A stretch of DNA of 64,000 bases from contig MU054391.1 of the NCBI GenBank assembly GCA_013239625.1, positions 6,717,824-6,781,823 of the forward strand. The letters are read 5' to 3'. The stretch comes from Lama guanicoe. Lineage: Eukaryota. Shown here one piece after another: positions 23,050-36,705 of the stretch. A program made the translations under genes and the position numbers. The notes beneath the pieces were generated by a model. The model was given only the letters and a program-made list of their open reading frames with translations. It ran no database searches and was not told the DNA's origin. Every line of letters starts with the position of its first letter. The first letter of the stretch is position 1.

Positions 23050-24330
23050 AATTTTAAAACTGTAATTTTCTTTCAGAACATTTCACACAGAAAATAAAGT
23101 TTTACTAAGAAAGTTGACATTCCCTGGTATTCTCTCCAAATTCTATTCCTCTTCGTCCTTTCTGAAGGAAATTTTATTGTGAATTATGTGTTCATCCTTC
23201 CCATCCATGACGGTGTACTTTTATTACACACACATGAAACAATACAATGCAGTTTTATGTGATTTTAAACTTCTCATAAACAGCATCATATTGTATTCAT
23301 CTTTCTGTAATTGCTTTCACTCAACATTATATTAAGAAGTAAACTGCTGATATATATAAAGACCCAACTGATTCATTTTAACTGACTGTTTTATCTTCTA
23401 TTACATTTCATTTATCCATTCATTCATCTATTAATATAACATTTGAATTTTTGCTATTACAAACGTTTATGCTGCTAGGAATACTGTGCCTGAATTTCTC
23501 TAGCACATTTATCTTAATGTGGACTTTCTTTGGATTATATGAATATTTAAAATTTACTGAAAATTGCCATGCTATTACTATACTATGCCATACTATATTT
23601 ACACTTCTGACAGTAGAAAATGTCATTTTCTAGACATCCTTCAAACATTTGAAAGTGGTCAGATACTGAATTTTTGCCAATGTGATGGATCTGAAATAAT
23701 ATTTCAAAGTTATTTTATCCAGCCTTTTCTTAAGAGCAGTGTAGTTAAGCATCTGCTCATATTTTCAAGTTTTCTCTTTTGGCCAATTTTCTTTTGGATT
23801 GTTTAACTTTTTTTCTTGTTGAATTGCAGGATTCCACATACATTCTGGGTACTAATCCCTTGTTTAATAAGTATATTACAAATACCATACCTTGCCCTGT
23901 AATTTACTTGTTATCATCTGTTATGAGTATATTTTGGATTCCATTCTAATAAAGTTTTCATTTTTCATATTAGGTTCTTAAGATAGCTAGAATTCACTTT
24001 TGTATGTGGTAAAAGATACTGAGAATCTAATTTCATTCCTTACCTCATAAAGATACAATTATTCCAAAATCTGTATCCTTTCCCACTGATTTGTATATTG
24101 CCGCTTCCATCATACACCAGGTTCCTGTATGTGCACAAATCTACTTCTGGACTCCCTACTCACTTCCACTGAACAGGACTAAATATCCCTGTTCTAATAC
24201 CAAACTTTTTAATTACTGTAGCATTTCAATCGATCTGGATTAACTGACAAGGCAAACTCAACTACGTGATATTTTACTTCTCTTTGAAATTTTTGTTGCA
24301 GTTTTTTTTCAACCTACATATGACTATCTT
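23050..24330 (-). mobile_element. Old L1M (L1ME-like) fragment
   Basis: T-rich strand with decayed L1 3' motifs (tttttgccaa, tttcccactgattt, ttttaattactgtagc); boundaries approximate. Confidence 0.55.
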
Positions 24331-24646
24331 CATGTAGTTTCAAGATTCTTTCAAACTAAGGCTGATTTAACAAGAAAAAAATGACTGAAATTGTTTTCTA
24401 CTTTTGATATTTTCCTCTCACTATAGTCCTTTAACTATGAATTTACCAACAGATGAAGCCATTATAAGTTCTTTTCTGAGCCTCTCGCTGCCAAACAGCA
24501 CTGAGGTTATTAACTCGGTCAAACACCTGGTACCCTGCACAGACAAGCTTTTCACTTAGATCCGTGTTACTTTCCTGCTACTTCTAAGGAAGATTTATGA
24601 TATAGTAATTTAATTACAACAAAAAAGAACCAAGAATTGCACTTAC

Positions 24647-24833
24647 AGATGCAATTGTAGCATCTTTTTCAGTGAGCTCCTGTTTGTGTCTAGCCATCAT
24701 CTCCTTGATCTCCAGCTCTTTCATGATTTTCTCTTTTTCCAAATCAGAATACTGCTCTTCAGCAATTGAGCGAGCCAGCTGTTCAGAATCTGCTTTGGTC
24801 AAGGTGATCTCCAGCTGAGCAGCCAAGGAATCC
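24647..24833 (-). CDS. ROCK2: ROCK2 exon 23 (DSLAAQLE...ATIAS)
   Basis: tatag / TCT|gtaagt, 187 nt. Confidence 0.96.
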
Positions 24834-24999
24834 CTATATTTTAGAATTAATATAAAATTTAAATGTTCAATTTTCATTACAGAGTCAATGTTTTTCCTAG
24901 TTTACTTCATCAACAAATTTTTATTTGCAGTACAGCAGGCACTGTTTGAGGAGTAGGGAACATGGCTATGAACAAAAGAGACAAGGGTTTTGTCCTTAC

Positions 25000-25103
25000 C
25001 TTTCATCCTGTAATTCCTGTTTCTTCTGCTGTAATTCTTTACAAAGTTTGGTCTTTTCTTCACATTCTTCTTTAAGTTCCCTAACCTGTGTTTTATAGAG
25101 GGT
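25000..25103 (-). CDS. ROCK2: ROCK2 exon 22 (TLYKTQVR...LQDE)
   Basis: tgtag / AG|gtaagg, 104 nt. Confidence 0.95.
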
Positions 25104-25826
25104 CTACAGAGCAAAATATAATAGAAACAAGTATCATCATAACTATCATCATCATCATCAAGACTATTACTTCTGTTTTCAAAACCTATCCAGACAAAAA
25201 GCCCAACTGAGCACATACAAATATGTTTATAATATTAAGTAATGTTGAGCCCATGAACAAATTAATAGTTTAATGAGCTTTTCTATTTTTGATAATCAAT
25301 CAATTAACTAATAGAAGTTCAGCTAACAAGTTAGGGCCATGATTTTCAATAGGATATCACAGTGAGATTTCTCATTAAATGACAGGCTGGTAGGACGAAT
25401 GAAGAGGCACAGAAAAATATAACTAATTTAGACAAGAAAATTTTGTTGGCTTAAAATCAGTAAAACAGAAGTGGCAGTTACAACTTTGTATTTTAAAACT
25501 CAAAAAGTACAAGTATTAAAATGACAATTTTATTTCTTTCATTATGAAAATATATTCTCCCTTCAAAAATCAATTAGATTTTGAACTAATTGATTAGAAC
25601 TATTTTTCTAGCAATGATAATGGATTTCTATTAAACTATCCACGGTCTTTTGTCCAGATGTTCTTTTTATGTGTGTTTTACAAAACATTCCATCCAAAAT
25701 TCTGTATGGGGTTTGCTATAAGAATATATTCTAAAGACAAGAATCAGCCTCCTCTTTCTGAAGCAAAAAAAATTTTTTAAATTCTACAAATAAAACAATT
25801 TTCAAAGTGATGTGTCTGGAACTTAC

Positions 25827-25896
25827 TGAGAAATACTGCTCTGCTTCAAGCTGGTCTTGGAGCTCTTTCATTTGCCCATCTGCATCTTGGCGTTCT
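25827..25896 (-). CDS. ROCK2: ROCK2 exon 21 (ERQDADGQ...EQYFS)
   Basis: ctacag / TCA|gtaagt, 70 nt. Confidence 0.95.
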
Positions 25897-25951
25897 CTGT
25901 AGGGAGGACATAGAATCAAAGGGCTTTAAATAAGTTATACACCTATTAAGC

Positions 25952-26300
25952 CAGTAACTCTCGAAATGGGGTCTAGGAAACCCCTGAAAGTGCCTGAGAC
26001 CCTTTTTCAGAATCCATGAGGTCAAATTATCTTTATAATACTAAGAATCATTGCTTTTTGAAAAAACTTTAGTTCTCTCAGTGTATATGGATGTCTCATG
26101 GGGCTGCATGACATATGATGCTGTCATCACTCCAACAGCTAATGAAATGTGTGCTCATATGAGCTTGTGTTTCAAAATTTTCTCAGTTTTAATTTCTCAC
26201 ACAAAAAATATCATTAGATATAACTCACATACACAAAAATTCTTTGGAGCCCTTGATAATTTTTAAGAGTATAAAGATGTTCTAAGATCAAATAGTGCTA
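25952..26300. mobile_element. Charlie1-derived hAT deletion derivative
   Basis: cctgagacccttt...gaggtcaaa and ctttggagcccttgataatttttaagagtataaag resemble recalled Charlie1 ends. Confidence 0.6.
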
Positions 26301-27946
26301 TATTAAACCAGTAACACTAAATTATGTATTCTCAGACATTCATTGTGATCAGCCATTTATGCCAACCGAGTAAGAGAATTAAAAGAGCACCTGAAAATGG
26401 GTTACCTTAGAATGAGAGAGGAAATGACCAGGAGGGAGCCTGTGGGGAGGTAAGGAGTGCAGGTTTTTATACATAAATATGAATAGTAACTGCTCAGAAT
26501 TGAATACTTTGTAAAACTTCACTGAGCTCTACACTCATCATTTGTATGCTTTTTAAACATATTTTCATCTTTAATAAAGAAAAAAGAAAAAAGAAAACAA
26601 AAAATGAGCCTAACAACTCATTTAAGAGGTTGGGCTGAAATAAAGTCTAGGCTTATTTAAAAAAATATTATAGTTATTCCAAGTCAAAGCTAAGGGAGAA
26701 AAAAGCAAGTTGGAGAACAATATAACATACAAAATACAACTAACAACCAAAATAAAATCTATTAAAAACTCAACCCTATATATGTCATATAGATGTATGA
26801 TAGGCACAGAAGAAGGTGTGGGAGGATAAATAAATTGTTAAGATATGGTACCTTTGGAGGGACTAAATATATCTGCATTCATAAAGGAAAGTTCATAGTC
26901 TTTTCTCTTTATTTTTGCAGTGAGAGTATTTCACAGTGAGAAAATATTTTACCTCTATTTGGATATTCAAAAAATGTATACAGCAAGAAAGACTCAGAGA
27001 TTAAATGATTTAATCACATCATCTTCAGTTTCTATATTACTTAGGACTTTTAACCTTATTTTCATTTAATATAATTTGATTGTTTTGTTTACTCATTGGC
27101 CCTTCAACTTCTGGATAAAAAGGAAATTATCACTCAATGTCACTTATCTGTGTTAATTCTGTATTTTATTATTGATGAGTATACTATTAAGGAATGATAA
27201 TTCTTATTTCTCAGAGCCAAAAATGTGAAAGAAAGGTGATAATGACACATGAAAGATAAGTTTTAAAATTGTCTCATCATCACCAGCTAAGTACACTTGC
27301 AGCAAACCCCAGTGTAATTTTAATATCATGATCTTCTTGAAGAGCTATCATTCATTATATGAAACTTGAAAAACTTAATATTTTTTAGGTATTTAAGAAA
27401 ACTATTTTTCAGAAAGTAACCATGTAATGTGCACATGGTTACAATGAAATAATACAGACACAGAAGAAACTGCAAGGAAAGGTGGTAGGGTTTTCTACAT
27501 TCTAAGTCAGTTAAATGGAGCACTAGAGCATATCCTGAAAAAATAGTTTAACAATTTATATGGTGTTTGCTTAATAGTCAAACATTTCCAAGTATCAGAA
27601 ATTAAAGAACAAACAAAAAGCACATATGCTTGAAGGACAGTCCTGAGGAGGAATCTTAAGAACACAGAGTGCAAATCCGGGACATTTTCTTCTGCTCTAA
27701 CATCAACACTCTATCGCTTAAATCGTTAATAGGTGGCAATAGGAAAAAAATTGTTGGGGAAGCAAATAAAATCTTTTTGAAGGACAACAGGGCCACTCAA
27801 CACATTACTTGTACAGAAAGAAAGAGAAAACATGGTCAAGAAAATAAAATGATAAGAAGAAAATCCCCAGATAAACTAAAGTTAACATAATTTACATGTG
27901 GATAGTTATGCACATTAGATTTCTTTGTCTGAAGCAATTAACTTAC

Positions 27947-28131
27947 TTTCGAAGTTCAGCATTCTGTTTTTCCAAACTCATTTTCATTTCCATGAGATGA
28001 TTATTTTCTTGTTTTAACTGCTTTTCTGACATTTTTAGTGTGTTAACTTGCTGTGTTTGCATCTTCAAGTCATTTTGTGTAAGGCAGCGCTTCTGAGTTT
28101 CCTGCTCTATTTTTAATGTCAAGTTTCTAAC
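27947..28131 (-). CDS. ROCK2: ROCK2 exon 20 (VRNLTLKI...NAELR)
   Basis: tttag / AA|gtaagt, 185 nt. Confidence 0.95.
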
Positions 28132-28496
28132 CTAAAAAATAAAGTTTGTACTTGGTACGTAAGTAAATTTTTTTTATTCTTCTTATCATGAAGCTGGCAG
28201 TAAATGTGATAATATAAAACAGATTTTTGCCCTTATGCAGTTAATTCTTTTCACAGTAAAATATTTTTGGGATTTTCCATGATATATTTTTAAAATAAAA
28301 TATGGTATTTAAAAATTTTTAATTATGATTAATTTAGTATATAATCCTGATTCAGTAAAATTAAAACATTATAAAATATTACTATACAAGAAAACTTTTT
28401 AATTATAAAACCATCATTGAGCCTTTATAAATAAACCTAGTTTACTATAATTCATTAAATAGTTCATTATTATTTATTAGTAAACTTCACACTTAC

Positions 28497-28657
28497 ATCC
28501 TCATTTAGCACATCTTTTTGTTTGAGGAGTTCATTTATTTTCTGCTGTGACTGTTTGAGGTCACAGTCTAATATAGAACATCTTTTCTCAGCCTCCAGCA
28601 ACAAGTTCTCCACTTTCTGTTTTAAAGTTCTTTCCTCCAAGAGCTTTTTCTCCATTT
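28497..28657 (-). CDS. ROCK2: ROCK2 exon 19 (MEKKLLEE...VLNED)
   Basis: caatag / GAT|gtaagt, 161 nt. Confidence 0.95.
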
Positions 28658-29109
28658 CTATTGCCAGAAAAATGGACATAATTATGGTTTTGCAAACAAA
28701 AGTATAGCAAATACATGACACATTGCTAATAAAAATTGTAGTAAATGATGCTACCTTAAAAACGATTTTTAGAATTTCAAATTTAATATTTTTAGCACTA
28801 TTCTTAATGTACTTGAGATGTCAACAATTTCATGTTTGAAAATTAGGTGTTTCATTTGCAGGGTATAAAAATCTACCACATTCTGCAATATTACATCCAT
28901 TCTAATGAAAGTAAAGTAATTTTGCCTTTATATATGGTTCTAAAAGACACCTTATTACATAAATATTTCTTTTATTTTCCTGCTACTCTGTGCCTCTCAG
29001 TTTAACTCTTACCTAAAAACATTCCAGGTAGATCCTATGCCCTCTTTCCATGTTAGCATATTACTATGCAGAGGATGAAAATGATGCTTTAGGGAGTTGG
29101 CAAAAAAAA

Positions 29110-29315
29110 CAGGACTCTAGAATCAAACCCTGGCTCTGACACTTCCTAATTATTTGACTAGGAACTTAATTAACTTCTCTGAGGCTCAGCTTCCTTATCT
29201 CTAGAATGGTGATAGTAGTACATACACCCATAGGGATTTTGCAAAGATTTTGAGTTAATACAGGTGTGGTACTTAAATGCTGCCTGGCATATGGCAAGCA
29301 CTTCATAAGTGCTCA
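29110..29315 (+). mobile_element. MIR SINE
   Basis: caaaccctggctctgacactt...aacttctctgaggctcagcttccttatct...tgcctggcatatggcaagcact. Confidence 0.75.
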
Positions 29316-30266
29316 CTACTTAAGGAAAATTTTCAATGACCTAACAAAATGTTCACAATATTTTTTAAAAGAAAAAAAGCAAAACAGTATAGAAAATTGA
29401 GAAAACATACAAAACACCCTGATTAGCAGGACTGTGATTAGTTTTACTTACTCTTTTACACTTTCCTATATTTTCTAAATTATTTGCAACAAATTTTAAC
29501 TTGTTTTATTAATCAGAAAAGGTTTTTAAAAGCCTTTTTCAATTTCAAAGTGAAAAGCAAAGTTTATGTCTAATGTCAAGTGATTTCATATGAACTGTAA
29601 GTTACCACAGTTAAAGGATTACCTTTTGATACACTGATTAGAAAATCTATTCAAATTCAATTATGTTCTTTTCCTTCATACCTAACACTCAACATCTAAT
29701 TATCATTTATTACAAAGTTATACTAGGTAAAAATTAAACCTATGAATTTTCAGTTTTTAATGAAGTGTCTTCAAAAGTGTGAAAAAATGAAACCATTCTT
29801 CACACACTACTAAAAATAGCCAAAATTTCTAAGCACTTTTCATGTATCATTGCATTTGGTTTACACAACAACCTAATACAGTGATTGTCCCTTTACAAGA
29901 CTCAAGGTACAAAAAGGTTAAGTAACTAGACATGGTCAAATAACTAGTAATTCACTGGTAAGTCACATCCTTAATCAAAGGAGGCAATAATACACAATGG
30001 AAAGACCAAAGGTGTTATATCAGACTTGAATACTGTCTATAAAATTTAAGTTTTGTGTAGTCATGCAATATATGAAAGTCATCTACATCTTATGTTAGTG
30101 TTGTAAAAAGGAATTTGAAAAAATAATAGCTATTACTATGCTGAATTGGTTTATCTTCATCAGTTCAGAGAATATCCTATAAACAAATGAACTAATTTTA
30201 AAAAATAATCAACCAAATGTGAGCATCAATGGTTATTACTGCCTCACGGCGGGGGGGGGGGATAAA

Positions 30267-30268
<2 letters not shown>

Positions 30269-30318
<50 letters not shown>

Positions 30319-30320
30319 AT
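30269..30320. repeat. (TAAA)n tetranucleotide repeat preceded by a G-run
   Basis: Read directly from the sequence. Confidence 0.9.
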
Positions 30321-30427
30321 GCAAGCTTCCCTAACAGTTTTTAAAAACATTTTTCAAAATCAGAGTTGAATACAGAATTAATTCTTAATAAAAATGCTGC
30401 TGAGAACCCACTTATGAAAATGCATAC

Positions 30428-30587
30428 CTTTCATGGCTTCTGACTTAGCCTCTTCAATGGATTCATAAATCTTATTTTTATCTGCCAGCCGTGCTTTTGT
30501 AGCCTTATGTTCCGCTTCTTCCTGTTCTAAGCTCTGCTGTATAACTTTGAGTTGGTATGTCATATCTATTTCCATGTTGTTCTTCTC
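30428..30587 (-). CDS. ROCK2: ROCK2 exon 18 (EKNNMEID...SEAMK)
   Basis: aatag / G|gtatgc, 160 nt. Confidence 0.95.
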
Positions 30588-30739
30588 CTATTAAAGATTT
30601 TAAACGGTAGCTATCAACAGAAAAGACTGGCTCAAAATTTCAAAACTTACAAAGGTTTTTTTTACAAGCTTACTGATAATGTTCAATATGTTCCCTCCAC
30701 TCTTCATTCAAACTTCTTGTAAAAGTAATCTACATACTT

Positions 30740-32580
30740 TACCTGTTCGCTCCCCACTGTACCCATCTCCCACACCTCCACTCTGTTGTGAGATCCTTGT
30801 TGAGATTGCTTGATCTCAATAAAGTGACCAATGATATCTAAGTATCAAATTCAACAGACATTTTTCAGTCTTTATCTCGTCTGAACTCACTGCTATCCTT
30901 AAAACTACTTCTTTGACACACCCTGAACCCACTTGGCTCTCCCCATCCTGCTCTCATCCATCTTGTCTAGTGTGAAGTTTTCTCCCAGCTGCCCTTTAAA
31001 GGCTGGTGTTCTCTGGAGGTAGTGTTCCTTAGCCATACGCTTCTCCTCTTCCTGTATCATTATTTCTCAAACTTTTAAAACATACCTAATTTCTCTTTGT
31101 TCTGTCTTAAAACAAAAAACAAAAAGCAAAAACAACCCCCCAAAAAGCAGCAAAACCCTTAGGATCCTCCACTATTCACCCTTATTTTCCACAAAGGGGA
31201 TTTGTTTTAAGTTGAGAATCTTTAACAGAAGTCAGTCTATTTTCTGCATACCCCCAAAGATTTTCTAATTCTTTGTTTTCTGTAGATTATATTATAAATA
31301 CAGGTATTTCTTTTGTTTTTCAATAATGAAAATGATTTTTTTCAAACTACACAATCCACCAACAGAGTAATCTGCTCTGCCCTGAAAAACTGCTGTTCTA
31401 AGCAATCTCTTTCCAGATGGGCTCTTCCATTCGCATGGTTTGAGCTACTTCTATTCCTAGCTGCTGCTACTACCAGAGCTTATTGCTTTGCAGACATGCT
31501 AACTTGGCTGTCTCACAGGTACCTCGGTACCTCAAACTTGGGACTAAAATATATTTATCAATATATTTTATACAGCTCTAAATATATTTTAAATAGCTCT
31601 AATAAAAGAGCTATTTCTCCTTTACTCGTTATTAATTAATGGCACCAATATAGATTTCATCACAAACTAGGAACCTGGAACTCACCCTTGAGTACTATTC
31701 ACATGACACATCTAACGAATCACTAAATGCTGCCAAATATTTCTCAGCTTCATCCCTATTTTCCACCCTTTGAACTACTGTACTAGTTACAGTTAAGTCT
31801 CCATTATCTGATTTAATGAAAAAGGCTCTGACTAGTCTAACTACTTCATTTTGTCCTCCTCAAACCTGCTGTCCACATGGCACACAGTGATCTATCTTAA
31901 AAGTACCTCTAATAAAAATCATGTAATTTGAAACCCTTCAGTGGCTAGTCTATTACTTAGAGCAACTAAGTTTTTTAGCAGAGTATTCAATTATCTTGCA
32001 TGATCTAGTTCATGCCTACCTCTGAAACCTCACTCTGGCCAGTGAATTCCTCACACTCAACAAGAGGAACATACTGTGGTCCTCAGGGCTGTTTCAGCCT
32101 GATGTCTAGTTTTATAAAATTTCATTAGATCATAGCCATGCCCATTTTTTCACATACTTGCATCAGAGACCATATGGCCTGCAAAGCCTAAAATATTTAC
32201 TGCTTTTCCCTTAAAAGATTAAAATTTGTCGACCCCTGTGCTAATACGCCAGAAATATTGAACAGTTTGTACTTAAATAAACCTACTATGACTTTTTAAT
32301 TTTCTATCCTCTTATGTTCACACTGTACTCCCCAACTCAGAATGTGCCTTTATCCTGGCAACCAATCCTGCCCCGTCAGATTAGGGACTCATTCTGTGCA
32401 CCCAATATACCCTGCCCATACCTCCATCATTCTACTCACCACATTGTACTAGAATTATCTGTGTGCTTTACATTACTTTACAAATTACTCATTATTAGAC
32501 TGTGAGATTGTTAAGGGCAAGGACAGCATCCTCATATTTCTAATACATATGATACACTAAATACTTAAATGAACAAATAA
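30740..32580. mobile_element. Fragmented L2 LINE with an embedded MER58-like element (about 32085-32240)
   Basis: L2 motifs (tgaccaatga...caaattcaa, aaacctggaa, cagtggct, gactgtgag...agggca) and MER58 motif catatggcctgcaaagcctaaaatatttact...gtcgacccctg; boundaries approximate. Confidence 0.6.
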
Positions 32581-33021
32581 AAAAATGCATGAAAATCAAA
32601 TATTAACTGCATAGAGCCTAGAAATTATTCCTGGCTTACAGTATTTTTTTTAAACTTCTGAATGAAAAGCCATGATAACTTTATGCTATTTTAAAGAAAT
32701 GGTTTAAGTCAAAAATCCGAGTTTCCTTTGGATGCCTAGAGAGAAGCATCTTCTCTCTCTATATATAGAGCATCTTCTCTATATATACTCCAGGAGAATC
32801 CTTCCCTTCCGAAGTATCTAACATACTAAGGGCTGCTTGTACAGTGTTACAGTAAACCTTAAAATATATATCCCTAGTCTACATAACCAAGTGTAAATAT
32901 TAAAAAGTCCATGAGTATTCAGAAATATTTTAGTTACTAATTTTCCTTATTTTAGAATGAGTTTTTCAACCCGAAACTCTAGTCATTTTCTTACACAAAT
33001 ACAAAACTTAACATGTTTTAC

Positions 33022-33128
33022 CTTTTCCAAATCAGTAAATCTCTCCTGTAGTTGTCTCTTCTCCACCTCTACTTTTGCTAATAAGATTTTGCCATTCTTT
33101 AAATCTTCTTCTAGGCCAGATATTCTAC
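33022..33128 (-). CDS. ROCK2: ROCK2 exon 17 (RISGLEED...TDLEK)
   Basis: tttag / AAG|gtaaaa, 107 nt. Confidence 0.95.
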
Positions 33129-33495
33129 CTAAAATTGTAACATTTTTAAAAACAGTAAACTCATATAGTGTACACATTAAGAATAAAAAATTTAGAATTC
33201 ACATATTTTAACAGTGTTATTTTTAAGCAGAACTTTAATGATTGTTAGTAGGGTGCTTTAGTTAATTCAACTGGAATCAAATCTACCACTTTCAGAAGTG
33301 GTATATTACTAAAAATACTTCATACTATTTGAAAGTAAATCTTTCATTCATAAAATTTTGTTATCAATGTATTTCTTTCTAAATCCTAACTTTACATAAC
33401 AGAGTAGTATATTCAGTAGTATATCCATCACATTATCCATCATCTAAAAACTCAAATCATTAAGATGAATTCAAGTGCAAGCTCTTCTTTAATAC

Positions 33496-33742
33496 CTTGT
33501 AAATCATTAATAATCTCTGATCCATGGGTCCGGTCCCTCCTTTCAGATTCGAGAACTGACTGGAGATTAATAAATTCCTTTTCAAGTTTTAACTTGGCAG
33601 TCTCCAGCAGGCAGTTTTTATCTTGTAGATCTCTATTGTTAGATTCCAGCTGCTGAATCTGTTTTGAACATTCTGCCTGGGTTTTTCTTAACCGGGCTGC
33701 AGTATCCGATTCTGTTCGCAGCAAAGCATTGGTTTCATCCAG
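33496..33742 (-). CDS. ROCK2: ROCK2 exon 16 (LDETNALL...INDLQ)
   Basis: aacag / G|gtatta, 247 nt. Confidence 0.96.
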
Positions 33743-33963
33743 CTGTTATTCCATTCAAAATCAAACAAAACAACAACAAATACAGGTATATATGATGAAA
33801 ATACTTCAATTTATTATCCCATTACAAACTATTTAAAATAGACAAAAACTTAAAAATACTTTCCTAATGATTTCCCTTTTAGAATACTGCCAATTAAAAT
33901 AAATGTTAACAGACAGTCATAAATAAAATTCAATATCCTTATTATACATTGGGATCAACCTAC

Positions 33964-34055
33964 TTGTCTCTGGAGTTGATTCACTTTCTCAGTAGATATC
34001 TGAGAGTTCTGATTTCTTTTTTTCAAATCTTCAAGTTGATCTTTTAAACTGTTAA
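33964..34055 (-). CDS. ROCK2: ROCK2 exon 15 (NSLKDQLE...QLQRQ)
   Basis: catag / CAA|gtaggt, 92 nt. Confidence 0.94.
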
Positions 34056-34153
34056 CTATGATAAAAAGCATTTCAGTGGCAAGCTTCAACACACACACAT
34101 ACACAAACACTTAATTTTTTCTTAGTAAGTATTTAATATTCTACACCACAAAC

Positions 34154-34289
34154 CATCATTTTCCAAATTTCGTTTCTTGTCTGCTTCATGATCAGCTTTC
34201 CGCTGATATTCTGCATTTTTGTGCTGAAGAAGCGCCTTCTCTCTTTCTAATTGTCTTAATGCTGATTCCACATTTTTCCGTAAGTTAAT
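34154..34289 (-). CDS. ROCK2: ROCK2 exon 14 (INLRKNVE...NLEND)
   Basis: tttcag / G|gtttgt, 136 nt. Confidence 0.94.
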
Positions 34290-34856
34290 CTGAAATAATG
34301 CTTGAGGTTATTGTCAAAGGAAAATATGTATAAAAATCAAATAAAAACAAAAATATTCCAGTTATAGCAAATAGATTAAAAAAAGACCTTTAAAAAAGCT
34401 ATTAACTGCTATTTTGTCAAAACTACGTTTTCCATGTTTTTAAAATAGCATACTATTCTTAAATAAGCAAGACCATAAGTGTTTTACTATTAAAAGTCAA
34501 AATTTCCATAACATTCCATCACCACTGAACCATCTTTACTTAATACAAACTATGAATCTAAATAAAAAAAAGAAACAACCGTCAATTTCCATTTTAAGCC
34601 ATGTCATTAACATGAATACAATTTTTTAACTTGAAATATCTATGTATGCTAAATTAACTCATTTGTAAAAACTCAACAAAAGTAGGCTATTATTAAGGTT
34701 CCCTCTAATTTGAGCTCTGTCCACCAATGATACAAGGCAGATTTTACTATATATCAAGACATGTATTAATATGGTACCAAGAGAACTCTGCAGATAAGTT
34801 AGGCATCAAAGCTTTTTATGAACAAAAATGTTAATAAAAGTGTAGAGCAACTTTAC

Positions 34857-34905
34857 CTCTTCTTCTAGCTCCTTTGCTACTTTCTCTAGACGAGTATTAA
34901 CAGAT
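34857..34905 (-). CDS. ROCK2: ROCK2 exon 13 (SVNTRLEKVAKELEEE)
   Basis: tttag / GAG|gtaaag, 49 nt. Confidence 0.93.
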
Positions 34906-35069
34906 CTAAAAAGTTTCAAAGGAAACAGTAAATAACTCTCTAATTTACAATAAAGACATTTACCATAAATTGTAAAATAATTATATAATTACTTTGTAGC
35001 TCTCCTTTTTTAGTAAAATGTTTAAACTTATATTTTAAAATATAACATTTAATTATCTACACAACATAC

Positions 35070-35149
35070 TTGCACTTCTGCTCTAGTTCCTCTTTGGCTT
35101 GTATCTCAGTGCTAAGGTGTTCTTCTAATGTGTACAGTTTTTTCTGAAT
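35070..35149 (-). CDS. ROCK2: ROCK2 exon 12 (IQKKLYTL...LEQKC)
   Basis: gacag / AA|gtatgt, 80 nt. Confidence 0.94.
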
Positions 35150-35589
35150 CTGTCAGAAAGTAAGAAACTATAATTATAAAGTTTGATCACATTTAAACGA
35201 TGAGAGGCTTAAAACAATGAGAATCTTCTCTTTCAACTTAATAAGGTATAGTAGTTGCACCTTCTTAATGTGATTTTTATTGACAGAGGGAAAAAAATCC
35301 TCCATCTCTTCTTTCTGACTATCACAGTACAAGTGTATGTATAAACACACTATGTAAACATGAAAACGAGATGCTTTAATTGCAGCAGAATTCTTTTATG
35401 ATGTCAAGTTTCTTATTCATTATGAATAAAGGATATCCTCTGATATCCTTCATTGTTCTTTTTTAGATTATTTATTTAAAAACACTATCAACATTTGTGC
35501 TTACAAGGTAATAGATAAAAGGTCTATATTTGAAACAAGTATTTGGAATATTTGAACATGCTAAAAATATATTAATATATTCTTAAAAT

Positions 35590-35830
35590 GGGGTGGGAAG
35601 GGATAAATTGGGAGTTTGAGATTTGCAGATACTAACTACTATATATAAAATAGATAAACAAGTTTATACTGTATAGCACAGGGAACTATATTCAATATCT
35701 TATAACTTACGGTTAAAATTATGAAGACAAATATATGTATGTTCATATATGACTGAAGTATTATACTGTACACCAGAAATTGATGTAACGTTGTAAACTG
35801 ACTATACTTCAATAAAAATTTATTAAAAAA
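35590..35830 (+). mobile_element. 5'-truncated L1 3'UTR (same family as 15595-15847)
   Basis: ggggtgggaagggataaattgggagtttgagattt...aataaaaa. Confidence 0.85.
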
Positions 35831-35842
35831 TAAGAATATAAG

Positions 35843-36705
35843 ACCTTCCCATTTTCCAGAGAAGACATACAGATAGCCATCAGACATGAAAAGATGCTCA
35901 AAATCACTAATTATTAGGGAAATGCAAATGAAATACACAATAAAATATTAATTACCTCACACCTGTTAGATGGCTATCATCAAAAAGACAAGAAATAACA
36001 AAAGGTGGAGAGCATGTGGAGAAATGGGAACCCTGTGCCCTGATGATGAGAACATAAATTGGTACAGCCACTACAGAAAATATATGTAGATTCTTCAAAA
36101 AGATAAGGACAGAACTACCATACAATCCAGCTATTCCACTTCTGGGAATTTATCTGAAGAATATGAAAACACTAATTCGAAAAGATATATGTCCCTAATG
36201 TCCACAGCAGCATTATTTACAATAGCAAAGATACGGAAACAACCTAAGTATCCATCGATGGATGAATGGATAAAGACAGTGTGGTACATATAAACACTGG
36301 AATACTACTCAGCCATATAAAAGAATGAAATCTTGCCATCTGCAACATGGATGAACTTTGTGAGTATTACATTAAGTGAAAGAAGTCAGAAGGTGAAAGA
36401 CAAAAAGTGTACGGTATCATCTATGTGGAAACAAATTTTTAAAAAGGAAAGAAAAAAACAGAAAAAAACTCAAAGACAGAGAACAGACTGGTTGTTACCA
36501 GAGGGAAAGGGGGTTGGGGGTGAACAAAATGAGTGAAGGGGGTCTAATGTATGGTGATGGATGATTACTAGACTTTTGGTGATGATCACATTGCAATGGA
36601 CACAGATGCAGAATCATAATGCTGTACACCTGAAACTTATATATAATGTTACACACCAATTTTATCTCAAAAAAAAAAAAAGGAAAGAAAAGAAAAGAAA
36701 AGAAA
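35843..36705 (+). mobile_element. L1 fragment (ORF2 3' end, 3'UTR, A/GAAAA tail) with 11-bp TSD
   Basis: Typical motifs agaagacatacagat...atggatgaatggataaag...gaatactactcagccat; aagaatataag duplicated at 35832-35842 and 36706-36716. Confidence 0.9.

Noticed and set aside
30248..30320. G-run plus (TAAA)n as a truncated L1 insertion
   Set aside because: gggataaatt resembles an L1 3'UTR motif, but it is too short and has no convincing TSD; kept only as a simple repeat.
32740..32790. Short tandem duplication agcatcttctct...atatata
   Set aside because: Ordinary local slippage in low-complexity intronic sequence.
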